Source: Callorhinchus milii
Taxonomy: Eukaryota
NCBI RefSeq assembly: GCF_018977255.1
Contig: NW_024704742.1
Location: forward strand, 59,212,001 to 59,276,000
DNA length: 64,000 nt
Direction: 5' to 3'
The notes under the pieces are model-generated. The model was not told where the DNA came from. It saw nothing but the letters and a program-made list of their open reading frames with translations, and searched no databases. The translations under genes were made by a program, and so were the position numbers. Of this stretch, positions 39,827 to 53,670 are shown piece by piece (within the stretch, counting starts at the first letter, position 1; the number at the start of each line of letters is the position of its first letter).

Positions 39827-40828
39827 CTACAAAGAAAGACTGAACTTAGTCCCAAGCCAGGGAAATTGTTCAGCTAAGGTGCAGCTTCAATCTGTCGATT
39901 TGTTTTCTACAATGTACGACTACAGTAAATCACCATCAATACAGTCTTATATGTACACAATATGTACAGGCTTCATTTTTGATTCTGTTTAAAATAGCGG
40001 GAGTAGAGCCAGGTGAAAAGGCTGGGAGCAAAGTTCGCTCATATTCGGCCATGTCTCTTGCCTTTTCCTACCATCGTTTCAGCAATGAAGATTATACCAA
40101 TAAATTTTGAATGGTTTAGTGCTGACAAGATGCACCTCATCTCATTGCACCAATTACTTGATAAAGTCAGATGTTTGTGCGAAATGCCATTATGCTGCAT
40201 TTTGACAGTGTAGAAGTCATGTAAAAGTGCTGGAAGCTCAAAATGAGGTCATGCATTTTTCAAATATCCTGAACTGCAATACAAAATAACATAAATGAAT
40301 ACAGTATTCAAGCCCTTAAGCCATCATTGCCTTCTGCAACTCATTCTTCAATGGAACCTCAACATTATGGAACTCCTTGAGCCTGAAATTCACCTGGCTA
40401 TAGCCACATAGTCTCAAAATTTAAGACGTTGCAGAATTGTGCAAGATTCTTAAATTCAATTTTAATTTGGAATATATATTTTTAAATAACCAAGGAAAGC
40501 CCACTTCTAAGCAAAAGCTGAATTTAAGAAATTTCAATAATTCTGCCCAATGTTACACATGGGTCTCTTCTACTCCTCCAATCTACAAATTGTTAAACCC
40601 CAAATTTGTCAATGCATAACCAAAGATTAATTGTCTTGTCCCCTCTTCTACCCTTTTCTACTTTTTAAACCTCTGCACTTAGGGTCAAGTCCCTTCATCT
40701 GTCTCCATTAATTTAGATAAATATTAATTTGAAAAGGATTTCAAACAGCAGGGTTCCATTATTGAATCAGGGAAACCAAATTTTCTTTCACAACATGTTA
40801 GAGGAAACCAAACTGTATATGTTATGTC

Positions 40829-41152
40829 TATAATAATAATAATAATCCTTGCATTTGATATAGCGCTTTTCATGTCGGGAGGACGTCCCAAAGCACTTTA
40901 CAGAACACACTATAAAGTGAATTGACTCTATATTTGTGGGCGAACGCGGCAGCCAATTGCGCACAGCAGTGTCCCACAAACAGTCGTAGATTGAAAATGA
41001 CCAATTTTTTTTATTATTGTTTTTGGTTTTGGAGGGATTATTATTAGGTGTGTGGAATAAGGAAACTTGTCCAAGGTTTCGCCCTGCCTGGAATTGAACT
41101 CAGGTCTCCCGCTTGCAAAGAGAGTGCTCTAACCACTGAGCTACAGGACTCC
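40829..41152 (-). mobile_element. Full-length young tRNA-derived SINE
   Basis: Head ggagtcctgtagctcagtggttagagcac..ttgcaagc..agttcaattcc; L2-like tail and (TAT)n. Confidence 0.9.
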
Positions 41153-41892
41153 ACATGCATATAATGCACATCCTTAAACATAAAAAACATATTTTGTTCC
41201 ACTATGCGAGCTAAACTGAATACAAACATTCAATAAGATTTTCGTCCAGAAATGTAGTCATGCATAATCCCCCACCCATTCTCATGTTCTTTCAGAAAAA
41301 TGTGTTCAAATGCATATTACTATATTGGAACTTCCTTATTTCGATATCAGGAATGATGCCTGAAGCTCTTGTTATTTTTTAAAATCTGTGTACTGGCAAT
41401 TTGTCTTCATTGCAAAATGTTACATTTCCTGGATGCTGCAATCCTTTTTGTTAATAAATGATCAAAGTCGTTCCCAAATAAGATGTCTTGAAGCAGCTGG
41501 GACAGAACTAGTGTCTAATGTGTATAAACAAAAAAAAGGTGGTATTTCTTAAGGGAATGTTTTAAATAGCTTACAAATGTTAACTCTTTCCAGTGACAGA
41601 TATTTTTTGATCAGCTGAGTGCCTAGCACACATGGAAACCCATCACCATTTTTAAGAGTCTTCATACCTGGTATGCATGCTTTGTATTTGTCCAGTAAAG
41701 AATACTCACTCTTTACATGGAATGATACACCTGCTTATCTAATCCCAGATACTTTAGGCACAATTTAAGCAAGAGTCAAGGCTGACTGCAAGCAAGTCAC
41801 TCTTCCTCACATGAATAATGCTTTGACATGTGTGTAAGGGATAGATAGCCTCGTTAAATTTATAAACTAAATCTATACAATAATATAATAAA

Positions 41893-43536
41893 ATAACAAT
41901 CCTTTACATTTGACATAGTACCTTTCACATTGGGAGGATGTCTGAAAGTGCTTCACAAGATATGCTGTCATGTGGAGTGACTATGAATTTTGAGGTATAC
42001 ACTGCAGCCAATTTGCACACAAACAGCCAAAACGTGAATGTCCATCTGCGACCAGGGATCTCTCTGCCTCCTCGTCCTCCTTCACCCCTCTGCTGCCTTT
42101 GACACTGTTGACCACTCTATACTCATCCACCACCTCTCCTCTCACCTCAACATTCACGGTTCTGTCCTTCAATGGTTCAGATCCTGCCTCTCACATCGTC
42201 TTCACTTCACCTCCACAAACGGTTTCCCCTCTAGCCCGTGCACCATCTCGTGCGGCATTCCTCAGAGCTCTGTCCTTGGTCCTCTCCTCTTCAATATCTA
42301 TATGCTCCCTCTTGGTGACATCATCCGCGGACAAGGAGTCAACTTCCACATGTATGCGGATGACACCCAACTCTACCTCTCTGCCTCTACCCTTGACTCC
42401 AGGACCACTGCTGTGCTGACAGAATGTCTGTCAAACATCAAGTCCTGGATGAGAGCAAAGTTTCTTCAGTTGAATGTCAACAAGACCGAGGCTCTCCTGA
42501 TTGGCTCCCGTCAGCGCCTCTACACCTCAGACACTGACACCATAACCATCCATGGTTGCACACTCCACCTTGCTAAGCCAATCCAGAACTTTGGCATCTT
42601 GCTTGACCTTCAACTATCCTTTCTATCCCACATCTGAACCGTGACTCGCTCTGCTTTCCCCCACCTCCACAACATCGCCCGGCTTCACTACTGTCTCACA
42701 CCGCAGGCCGCTGAAACCCTCACACACGCATTCATAACATCCAGGCTTGACTTGTTTTTCGGCCTCCCCAACTCCTCATTCTATAGACTGCACATCAGCC
42801 AGAACTCTGCAGCCCGTGTCCTCTCCCGCAACAGGCTCCATGACACAAGCACCCCTATCCCCACCCGACTCCACTGGCTTCCCATCACACAGAGGATGTA
42901 GTTCAAGATCCTGGTCCTCACCTTCAAAACCCTTCATGGCTTTGGTTCCCCTACCTCTGCGACCTCCTAACTCCCTACCATCCTGCCCACTCCCTCCGCT
43001 CAGCGGGCTACAGCCTGCTTCACACCCCCCGCCTCGCACGTCCCACCGTTGGCGGGCCGGCCTTCTGCCACTCTGCCCCTGCCCTCTGGAACTTCATCCC
43101 GCAGTTCCTCCGCCTCACACCCTCCCCCTTGCCTCCTTCATTTCAACACCCTCCTTTTAAACTGTCCCAACCCCTAGCTTGGGTCCAAAACACCTATTGT
43201 CCAGCGCCTTGGGAAATCCTCCCGACGTGAAAGGCGCTGCACACATGTAATTTTATTGCTGCTGTTGTGACCAAATTAATTTGAGAGAATGTTGGCCAGC
43301 ACACTGGATGAAAACACCTTCTCTTAAATAGTGAGGTGGGATTTTTAACATACATCTGAACAGGCAGACAGGAGCTTGTCCCATCTGAAGGACAGCACCT
43401 CCGACAATGCAACACATTCCAACATCACATTGGAGTGTCAGTATAGACTATATGAGTTCCAAGACCTGCGATGGGGCTAGGACACACAATCTTCTGACTC
43501 AGAGCAGAGAGTGCTACCCTCTGAGCCAGGCTGACA
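41893..43536 (-). mobile_element. Old Deu-type SINE split by an L2 insertion (3' part about 41893-42039, 5' part about 43268-43536)
   Basis: The SINE text gtgaatg|..|tgaccaa is interrupted by the L2; head tgtcagcctggctcagagggtagcactc at 43536. Confidence 0.75.
42040..43267 (+). mobile_element. L2-type LINE, 5'-truncated
   Basis: ORF 42038..42637 [27 protein letters not shown]; tail cccgacgtgaaaggcgct. Confidence 0.93.
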
Positions 43537-46496
43537 AACATGTTCTCATATTCTCTTAGCATACAATCTGCGAATATATCTCAAGTATTTTGAACAAATA
43601 AGAAAAAAAACGCTACAGTTTACTGACAAAAGACAGTAATTACATACATTAGCCAATTACTTTGAAGAATTTCAATAGTATTAATACAATTATAGTTTTA
43701 GAAATTATAGTTTTTTGTGGCAATGTGGTAATCTTTTCATAGCTAAAGTAAAATACTAAGTACTGCTTGATAAAATCTTAGTGAAGATAGAGATTAAAAG
43801 GTATCAATATTTATGCATTCTCTACCTTAATTACCTACTGTGGGATTGCTATGAGGCTTGCTGTCTTATAATAATAATAATCCTTGCATTTGATATAGCA
43901 CCTTATCACGTCTTCGAGATGTCTTAAAGCCCTTCACAGAGTATACTGTAAAGTGAATTGACTGTATATTTTGGATGTTAAAGATCCCAAGTTCAAAATG
44001 AGAAGGGAATGTCTCCCGGTATCCTTGCAAACAAGCCTTTAGATTGATTGGTCATTCACTTCATGTGTGTGGGACTTTGGCTTGCACCAAAATGGCTGTC
44101 AAATTTCATGTATCAGCAAACACACTCACTGCAAAGTGTTGAAAAACTAAAAGTATTACACGTGATTCACAGCAAAACTTTTTTAAGATATATTTTTTGG
44201 ATATTCATCATTGAATGGCCCGCTCCCACTAGCCCGCTCCCCACCAAAAAAAAAAGCCTGTTCTGTGGTAATAACTACCTTCTTAAGCCTTGGTGACATC
44301 TCAAGTTCTCCACTTTCAAACAGAATAAAATCACAGTTGTGCACATACTGATGTGACAATGTTAATGAGTATTTGTTGTCATGCAGAGTTGTGCCTGACC
44401 TCCTCATTAACGCTTTGGTCAACATCAAGATGACATAGAGCTACTGGCAAGAACTCCTGCTGTCCCATGCTGTTCGAGAAATAATGCGCCCACTTCTCAC
44501 CCCATCAATATACATACCCTTTCATCTTATCCCAGCTGCATTGGTATGGAATTCTCATGTGGCTCATGCCATGGCTGGTCAGAAAACTTCCATACACTAT
44601 CTCAAGGCTGATGTGTTGGCAACCAAATTGACAGATCATTAAATCCCTTTGTTCAGGAGTGGATCGTTTGATGGGAAGGGGTGGCTGTTGTCCTCCTTTT
44701 GCAGGATGCTTTAAAGTGATCTCAGACACCCTGCTGTGACTGAATTGGCAATTATCAACAACTTGTATTTGTAGAACATCTTCTTCTAGGGATGGATGTT
44801 TTGATGAACTTCACAGCAATGATGGAGGATAACACAGTAATAATAATAATCCTTATAATCCTTGCATTTGATATAGCGCCTTATCATGTCTTTGAGACGT
44901 TCCAAACACTTCACAGAATATACTATTCAGCGAATTGACTGAATTTTTGTGGCGAAACAGGAGGAGGGAGGACAGAGGAGTTGAAAAACATTGACCACTG
45001 AATTGCTTAAAAATGTTAGACTATAAAGAGTCTTGTATAATATATATTGGATTAAGAAGTCACTTTTTAAGATATTCACCATCGATCTGTTGGACAGCAA
45101 AGTCTTTTTTATGCTTATCTGTCCTCTGCCACTATAAACAGTTTAAAATTTTCTGTGGGCCAATAATTCTCTCTGTAAAGTTCAATGTTCTTACAGTGTA
45201 GAATAATCCTTTTAATTTGAAAGTTTAATTCACTATCCAGTTTCTATAAAAACTCATCTCATACTGAAAAAAGTTTTCATGTTAAACTGCAAACTGTCGA
45301 ACTTCACAGTGCACATATCTTAAAAGCAATGCGTTCCCCTTCATATCCAATTCTTCTGATTCCATTCATACCCATGTAATATATCACCTCCGTCACAGTC
45401 TCCCTGAGATCTTACCTCTCCAACTTAGTTCAATTGTTGCAGGCTTTGTGATTTATGAGTTCTGTTCATCATATAGACAGCAGCAAGATTAGCATGGTAA
45501 CTTTGCTGAGTTCACTTCAAGAGCAGGTTGTCATGAAACGTTCTGGTGCAGTGAAACAGCAATTCAAAGCATTTCCCAAAGAACAATTAAAATTCTATGG
45601 TTCACAAGGCAATGACGCTTCTTATCATACAGTCACTGAAAGTCTAGGACATGTACGACATATTTAATGCCTTTGTCTTTTTTCTCTTTTTCCTTGCCTA
45701 TTGCTCAAAAAATCAGGCTGCAATGTCTGTCAGGTTTATTTTAATCATATGAATGATAAACGTTGCCCTCTAAGCTTGATAAAGATTTAGGCTCTGATAC
45801 ACCTCTGCATAAAACATTTAGTAAATATGCATCTTATTCTGTTTTAACTAGCTCCGCATCATGACAGAACCTAACTAGCTGCTTTCATTCTTCGGGTGAG
45901 ACATTAAATTGAGGTCTCTTTTGCCTGTAAAGATCCAATGGCACCATTTAAAAAGAGAAATTAGTTTTTCCCAGTGTCCTGACCAACTATACCGCAGATA
46001 AACTAATCATTCACTTAATGGCTGTTTGTGAGACATTACCATCTGCAAATTGGCTAACACATACGCCAACAAAACACACATTTACTACACTTTACTGGAA
46101 AAAAACATTTAGGTCACTGTCCAAGTGAACAGAACTGACGGAACAATAGGACAATCTAGATTTGAATCTATTTACATTTAGAATAACTTTGGGGTTAGTT
46201 TAATTTGCTCAGTGAAATCAGTACTTGTAGAAAATTCAAAGCAAGGACTGATTATTTCACCTCTAACTTCACTCCAGCACTTTACTGAGGGAGCAACAAC
46301 AACAAAATTATATCTGAATAGAGCCTATCATATCAGGAGGACATCCCAAGGTGCTGGGCAATCAAAGTTTCGGACCCTGGATTGGTAATGGCGTCAACTT
46401 TCAGATGAGACATTAAACTGTGCTGGCCCTGCCTATTTTTAATTTATGTTAAACATCCTATACACGACTCAAAAATAAATGGGAGTTTCATTTTGT

Positions 46497-47586
46497 GTCC
46501 TTTGACACCATGGACCACTCAATCCTCCTCCATCGCATCTCCTCCCACCTCAACCTTCAAGGCTCTGTACTTGACTGGTTCAGGTGCTACCTTTCACACC
46601 GCCTCCACATCGTCGCCACAAACGGCTTCTCCTCCAGCCTCCGCACTGTCTTGTGCGGTGGGCTCTGTCCTCGGTCCCCTCCTCTTCACCCTCTACATGC
46701 TCCCCCTTGGTGACATCATTCGCAGACATGGGGTAAATTTCCACATGTATGCGGATGACACCCAACTCTACCTCTCTGCCTCCACCCTGAACTCCAGGAC
46801 TACTGGTGTCCTGACCGACTGCCTGTCCGACATCAAGTCCTGGACGAGGGCCAACTTTCTCCAACTCAACGTCAACAAGACCGAGGCCTTCCTGATTGGC
46901 TCGTTCTACCACAACCTCCGCAATATTGCCACACTCTGCCACTGTCTCACCCCTCAAGCTGCTGAAACAGTCACCCACGCATTCGTCACCTCAAGGCTTG
47001 ATTACGGGAACTCCCTCCTCATCGGCCTTTCCAACTCTTCCCTTCACAAACTGCAGATCATCCAAAACTCTGCAGTTCGTGTACTCTCACGGACCAGGCT
47101 CCGTGACCCTATCACTCCTACCTTTGCCCGAATCGACTGGCTCCCCATCCCCCAGAGGATCGAGTTCAAGATCCTCATTCTCAGATTGAAGGCCGTCCAT
47201 GTCCTTACCCCCTCCTACCTCTCTGACTTGCTGACTCCCTACGAGCCTGCCCGCTCCCTCCGTTCATTGGGCTCCAGCCTGCTCCATGTCTCCCGCCTGA
47301 CCCGCCTTACCATCGGTGGCCGGGCTTTCAGTCTCTCTGGCCCCACAGTCTGGAACTCTATCCTGTGGTCCCTTCACATCGCTTCCTCCCTTGCCTCCTT
47401 CAAGGCCAGTCTCAAGACCTTTCTCTTCGACCGTGCCTTTGGTCTCCCTCCCACCTCTCTGCCTTCCCTCACCCCTGCACCACCCCTCCCCCATGCTCAC
47501 CCCCCGACACCTGACTGTTCAGTGCTTTGGGATGTCCTCCCGACATGAAAGGCGCTGTATAAGTGTAATTTTGTTTTTGTTGTTGT
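46497..47586 (+). mobile_element. L2-type LINE, 5'-truncated, with an internal deletion near 46902
   Basis: ORF 46493..47548 has YADD; LIGS is fused directly to FYHNLRNIA, whereas other copies have about 50 aa between them; L2 tail. Confidence 0.93.
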
Positions 47587-47787
47587 CAACAGTTGCAGGT
47601 AAATTGGTCTTTCAGGCCAATTAGAAGAGGAAGAAAGAAAAGATGAATTTAGATTTTTTGTTCATTACTGGTTTGCAGATAGATTGTCTTATTCCAAATT
47701 TTGCAATGATCACTCAAATCTGAACTTTGTTTTGGTTACAGGATATTGTTGTGTGCGAATGACTCTCATCCCTGTCTATAAATACAC

Positions 47788-48164
47788 AGTCCTGTATCTT
47801 ATTGGTTAGAGCACTCGCCTTGCAAGCGAGAGAACCTGGGTTTGATTCCCGTGCAGAGCGAAACGTTGGGAAAATTTCCTTGCTCTATATGCCTCTGTTT
47901 ACCAAGCAATAAGTCGGAAACCGGTTGTTAGTTGATTGGCTGAACACTTTTCCGGGTGGTAATAATTCCTTCAAAAAAATCATAATTTGGTCACTTAATC
48001 CACGACTGTTTGTGGGACACTGCTATGCGCAATTGGCTGCCGAATTTTGGCCACAAAACATACAGTCAATTCACTTTACAGTTTATTCTGTGAAGCTGTT
48101 TGAGACGTCTAGAAGACGTGATAAAGTGCTTTATAAAATGAAATGCAAGAATTATTATTATTAT
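47788..48164 (+). mobile_element. Young SINE, long variant, nested in an older SINE tail
   Basis: tRNA head agtcctgta..ggttagagcactcgccttgcaagcgag..; extra central block; flanking acagtc repeats. Confidence 0.8.
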
Positions 48165-50469
48165 ACAGTCACTACACTTGACAGCAATTACCATAAAACA
48201 CTTTGATCTGTTTTGATGTTATAGGCACTGTATCAAATGCAAGAATTATTGTGAGTTTCAGCTCCACATCAGGATGTGAGTCTTTCTTTAAGATGACATT
48301 CCAGTGCAAGGCTGGTTGAGAGCTGTACTGTCAGAGGTGCTGACTTATGGATGTTGTCAAACTACAGTTTTAACCTCAAGTGGATATTCAAGACTCAATA
48401 CTCATGACGTTATTCAAAAAAGTTTTTCTCCCATTTTCTGGCAAACAATCTTCCCGATTAATTAGTCATTCACTTCACGGTTACCTTGTGCAAGCTTGTT
48501 GGCGCAAGTAGCTCCCATGTTGCTTTCAAAAGCAGTCAGTACATGTGACAGTAATTTCCTGTGAATGACTTTGAGAAATTGATGTGATAAAGAGCTACGA
48601 AATTACAAGTTCTTTTCATTCAAGTTCAGTGCCTGGAATAACTAGAAACAGCCAGTGCTGAAATTCCACTGCATTGCAACTGCAGCAAATTGATGCCACA
48701 TCACATGCTGTACAACATCTGCAATGTACTAAACTATTATTAGTTGCACCTTGCCTTCTATTAGAATGCTACAGTTGTAGTAGCAGAGGTGATTAGCAAT
48801 GCAATGATGCTACATCGTGAATTTAATGGCTGTAAACTCCTTTCTGTGTGCGCAATGTAAAATGTCTTTGGACGTTTAGCACTGGACTCTAACTGTTTGC
48901 CAGTGTGCAAACTGTGAAAACAGGTCACTCGCTACAAAGCTGCTCTGGCCTGCAGCACAGTTCCTCATGAATTCACTCAAAACTCTGCCCCAGGTGGGAT
49001 GCACTTTCCTTCACTTTTATTCCTAAGAATCAAGCCATGTGTGGTAGACTAATTCAACATATGACTTGATGTGCGCTCCCCACTGATTCTTTCTTTTGCT
49101 TTTTGAGGCTTGTTGTCTCTTTTGTTCTAAGCAGCAATTTGGTACTTCGACTGCTGAGCTCCCCATTACCTGACCTCCAGAAGCACCACTCTGCCCCCTG
49201 TCTGCCATTCATACTAATAAATCTATTCCAAAAGAGCAGTGGACATTTAGAAAAAGACAACTGGATTTGGAATTAATGAATTAATGAATGTCCCACAAAC
49301 TTGTTCAATTATAATGAGAATAGGTCCTCATTCTAACCTTCGAATACCTCCATACCCTTGCTCCATTCTACCTTTGGGACATACTCTTCCCCTACTTTAA
49401 CTCAGGGCTGCTTCATACCCTCTGCCCCTTTGCTCTTGGGAATTCTCTCTCCCTAAATTCTTCTGCCTCACAATTTCTCTAACCATCTAACAACATTCCC
49501 TTCTTTCGCGGTCTTCAGCCATCTCAGTCCTCTCCGCCCCCAGGCCCCCACTTTCATCTTCCACTCTGCCCAGGCTGCCAGTGCTCTGTGAAGCACTTTG
49601 AGATATGTTCCTATAAATTGCTGTGGGTGACTTAAACTTTACAGAACAACATTTTGGTTTCTTATCAAAAAAATTCTAATTTTTCATATTTCCTCGAGAT
49701 ATCATAAAGCATATCATAAACATCATAAAGGAAAGGGGTAGAGGGGTTGACTTGGAGTATAAGCACTAATATGGATTAATTGGGCCAAATACATGATTAT
49801 ATTCACATTTGGTATAGCGCCTTTCACGTCAAGTAGATTTTCGTAGCGTTTCATAGTATAGTGAGTGTGCTCCTTTGGATGAACGCAACTGCCAATTTGT
49901 GCACAACAATGTCCCACAAACAGCCATGGAGTGAATGGCCTGTTGCTGTTTTATATCATTCTACATAATCCTATGTAAGCAAGGGACAGAGTTGAGTAAA
50001 ATTCTTTTTCTACCTCTATTAGAGTTGACAACATCCTACAACTCTAAATTATGCTGTTTCTATGATTTGATGTGAAATACCAAAGCAAATTAGCCCACCT
50101 GATCAGTAGATAATTCCAGGCTTGAGAAGACAATCTTTTTTGCCCCTCCTTGATAGATCAATGCTAAATATTCAGTCATTAAAATAATAGTTTAAAATCC
50201 CCATTTGGGGCTACAATTTGCAAGAATACTTATCTCACTGCAAGGGAGTATCAAAGATGGCTGTGATCTCGTATGAAAGGGCCATTCCATTTCCCAGGAG
50301 GGGGAACACTGCCACCTTGTGGTCATTCATGCCAGCATTGAGTAAATCAAGGAATGTCTTTAAAATATCACCAACTTTAACCCTAATGTTATTGAATCAA
50401 TAATTGAAAGCAATGTTTCTATCAAGTTTTTGTCATTGACTTTCTGTGTTCATCCAAATGAGCAAAAAA

Positions 50470-50815
50470 CAATAATAATCCTTTCATTTGATACAGTAAC
50501 TTTTACGCGGGGAGGAATCTCAAAGTAGACTACCAGGATTTAGTATAAAGTGCAGTGACTGTATTTTCTAGTTGAACATAGCAGCCAATTTTGCAATGTC
50601 CCACAAACAACTGAGAAATTAATAACCAATTTCTATTTGGAAATTGTTGGCCAAGACACTGGGAGAATTTCCACTTCTCTGTTCAAATAGTGCCATGGGA
50701 TCATTAATGTCCACCTGAATAGGCAAACCGGATCTTGGTTTAATGTCTCATTGAAATGAATGCACCTTGAACAATGAAGCACTATTTCCAGTCTAGACTA
50801 TTTGAGCTCAAAGTG
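50470..50815 (-). mobile_element. Old Deu-type SINE
   Basis: Tail aataataatcc..., core caaatagtgccatgggatcattaatgtccacctgaa. Confidence 0.75.
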
Positions 50816-50995
50816 CTGAGCTTCATCAACACTGAGGCCAGTAATCTTTCCACTTTGGGCCTTCAGTATTAAAACCAATGAGTGCACAAAGTTAAACAGA
50901 CCAGAAGCAGTGAAGAGATCTCAGTTCAACCCAATAATGACCTCAACCTCCACCAAGAACCCTCTACAGCTGCAGCATAACTTTGTCTGCTTTGC

Positions 50996-51482
50996 AGATC
51001 AGCTATAACTATGGGCTATCACGATGGACTATCTATGGGCTATCACTCTCATCAACTATTACTATGGGCTATCACTATGAGCTATCACTATGGGCTATCA
51101 CTATTATCAGCTATCACTATAGGCTATCACTATGATCAGCTATCGCTATGGGCTATCACTATTGGCTATCACTACGGGCTATCACTAGGGGCTATCACTA
51201 GGGGCTATCATGATCATCAACTATCACTATGGGCTATCACTATGAGCTATAACTAGGGGGGCTATCACTAGGGGCTATCACTATGGGCTATCACTAGGGG
51301 GGCTATCACTAGGGGCTATCACTATGGGCTATCATGATCATCAACTATCACTATGGGCTATCACTATGAGCTATAACTATGGGCTATCACAACAAGTTAT
51401 CACTACGGGCTATCATTTACGGGCTATCACTGCGGTCAGCTATCACTATGGGCTATCACTCTTATCAACTATCACTATGGGC
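50996..51482. repeat. Minisatellite, consensus GGGCTATCACTAT (about 13 bp, roughly 35 units) with variant units
   Basis: Directly visible tandem gggctatcactat, gagctatcactat, catcaactatcactat and ggggctatcacta units. Confidence 0.95.
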
Positions 51483-52881
51483 CCTCCAATATCTCATATA
51501 TGGTACACAGCCAGTTTCAAAGGCATCTGTACATTCTCAGTTTGAATTCAGCAATGATAAAATTGCAACGTATATACCATAGACATCAGATTTTTAAAAA
51601 TACTGTAAAAGGCCAAACGTCCTGCCGCCACAAACTGATTACTTCTGCTTGTTTCAAGCCAACTGGTACAGCAATTGGAATTACACTTTAGATACTTTGA
51701 TGTCTCTATTGGTGTGAAACTGTTGTGGCTAAAAAACACTTTAAAAATAATAGTGGTAGACAGCGAAATCAATGGCAAGCTATGCAGTTTTAGCTGGTTG
51801 GACTCCAGCAGTACCCCAACACACACTCTGGGGTCCCCAAGCCTTGGCTCTTGCCAACCTGCACCTAATACTTACCAGAATTAAGTAAGCAGCATGTGTC
51901 CCTGCATGAGAATGTTTATTCCATTCCAACAACCTATCTCTGGGATTACCATGTGTAGGTGGGATGCATGGAAATCTCAGCTTGGTTTGGATACTCGTAA
52001 CCATGGTGATGGGATTCCGCATATATCCGACACCCGGCTGATCAAAAAGAAGTTGGGAATTTGAGCTCATATTCATGCTCCAGTGCAGTGCAGGGAGAAT
52101 GCTACATTATAACAGGTGCCAACTTTGAGATGACAGTTAAACCAAGGACGTGTCTGCCTATTCAGGGAGACATTAAAGATCAGATGCCACTATTCAAAAA
52201 AGAGCTATTTGAATTTGAATTGTCGGTTATTTTAATATATTAAAATGACAACTTAATAATATCAGATGCTTTGGGGCATTATAGATGTACAGCAGTAAAC
52301 TCAAGGTGCACATTGCGTTAATATGCAACTGCAATAGACTTTACCTAATGCTTAAATGAGTCTTATTAATCCTTTGAGGACTAACTGCAGCATTTCTGAA
52401 CCAAAATAAAAATATAGGATTGCAATTTTGCAGTTTGCCTTGAGACTCAAATTAGGAAACATTCTTACTGTGTATTGTGAATGGTGGAAGGGAGCTTACA
52501 TAAAAATATCCCTGGCACACACCAAAGGTAGCATTTATTTTCCCTATCAAAAGACATAAATGTCAACGGCTTTCATATATTTATTTAAAGTGGTTACAAC
52601 AATAGTGGTGAGAGGTGAAGATCAGTCCTTCCAGATTGGAACGGTTTACAGATCAAAAAACCTCCTCAATTTATTCAAAGAGGCACAAAATCTTCTGTAA
52701 ATCCAAGCAAACAATCACGTTGTAAGAGAAGGCACCACATTCACTCATGTCTACAGGGAATGCTGGTTTCTTTAATTTTATTGAACACCCATCAGTTACT
52801 GCAGTTAGCATGGGGTATAACCATTAACTATATTTAGTGGAAATTCAGCAATCGGATTGCTCATGTGTTTAATACTGACAT

Positions 52882-53670
52882 ACGTCAGTAATTCTATTTA
52901 AAATTTTTAAACCTTAACATAAAGATATGCTGGACTCAGCATATATTGCACATTATATCTGACCTTGGCTACTTGATGTACTGACGTTTTGTCTAAATGT
53001 ATTGGAAGCTTGTAATAGTTTCTGGAGATCTCCCTTTGGAGCTGATGTCCATTCTTCTATGCCCTCACCACATTGAGTGACTCTAACAGTAAGAGGAGCT
53101 TGGCGGTTCTTGTTTGCATGTAAGTATATTCCTTCCAGCTAGAAATGAATACAGATCACAACATCCAATATATCTGTTTAAAGTAGTAACAGAGATTGTA
53201 AAATAGGAGAAACTAATTAAAATTGGTACAACTGAATGATGGAAAGCTTTGACCGGAGGGTATATTTATAAAAGGTTTTCTTCATAATCTCCTGGTTAAT
53301 TTATTTTTGATCTCTGCAAGGAATAGGATGTTGCTGGTTGGGAACAGGACATTATGTCAGTAATTTTATTTTAAATTTTTAAACCTTAACATAAAGATAT
53401 GCTGGACTCAGCATATATTGCACATTACACCTGACCTTGGCTACTTGATGTACTGACGTATCCAAACCAAACCAGAGTTCCATGCATCCCACCTACACAT
53501 GATAATTTCATTCCAACAAATATCTCTGGAATATCCATGATGATGCATATGTCAGACACCTGGCTAACCCCCAAAAATGTCAATACATCAAGTAGCCAAC
53601 ATCATGGAATAATGTGCAATGGATGCTGAGTCAACCATCTTGTTATGCTAAATTTTAAAATAAAATAAAA
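52882..53670. repeat. Local duplication with inverted copy: ~105-bp unit at 52882-52987 and 53355-53459, diverged inverted copy at ~53578-53670
   Basis: Near-identical aatttttaaaccttaacataaagatatgctggactcagcatatattgcacatta..gaccttggctacttgatgtactgacgt; reverse-complement-like gtcaatacatcaagtagcc..taatgtgcaat..atgctgagtc. Confidence 0.9.

Noticed and set aside
44390..44715. Long near-open plus-strand frame
   Set aside because: Two stops and no recognisable protein motif.
46493..47548. 351-aa ORF (also the 365-aa and 356-aa ORFs) as functional genes
   Set aside because: They are 5'-truncated L2 RT pieces with frameshifts or deletions and no authentic start.
50996..51482. CRISPR-like array or repetitive protein (ORFs 51011, 51324, 51379)
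   Set aside because: Units are directly tandem with no unique spacers, there are no cas genes, and the context is eukaryotic; the ORFs are repeat translations.
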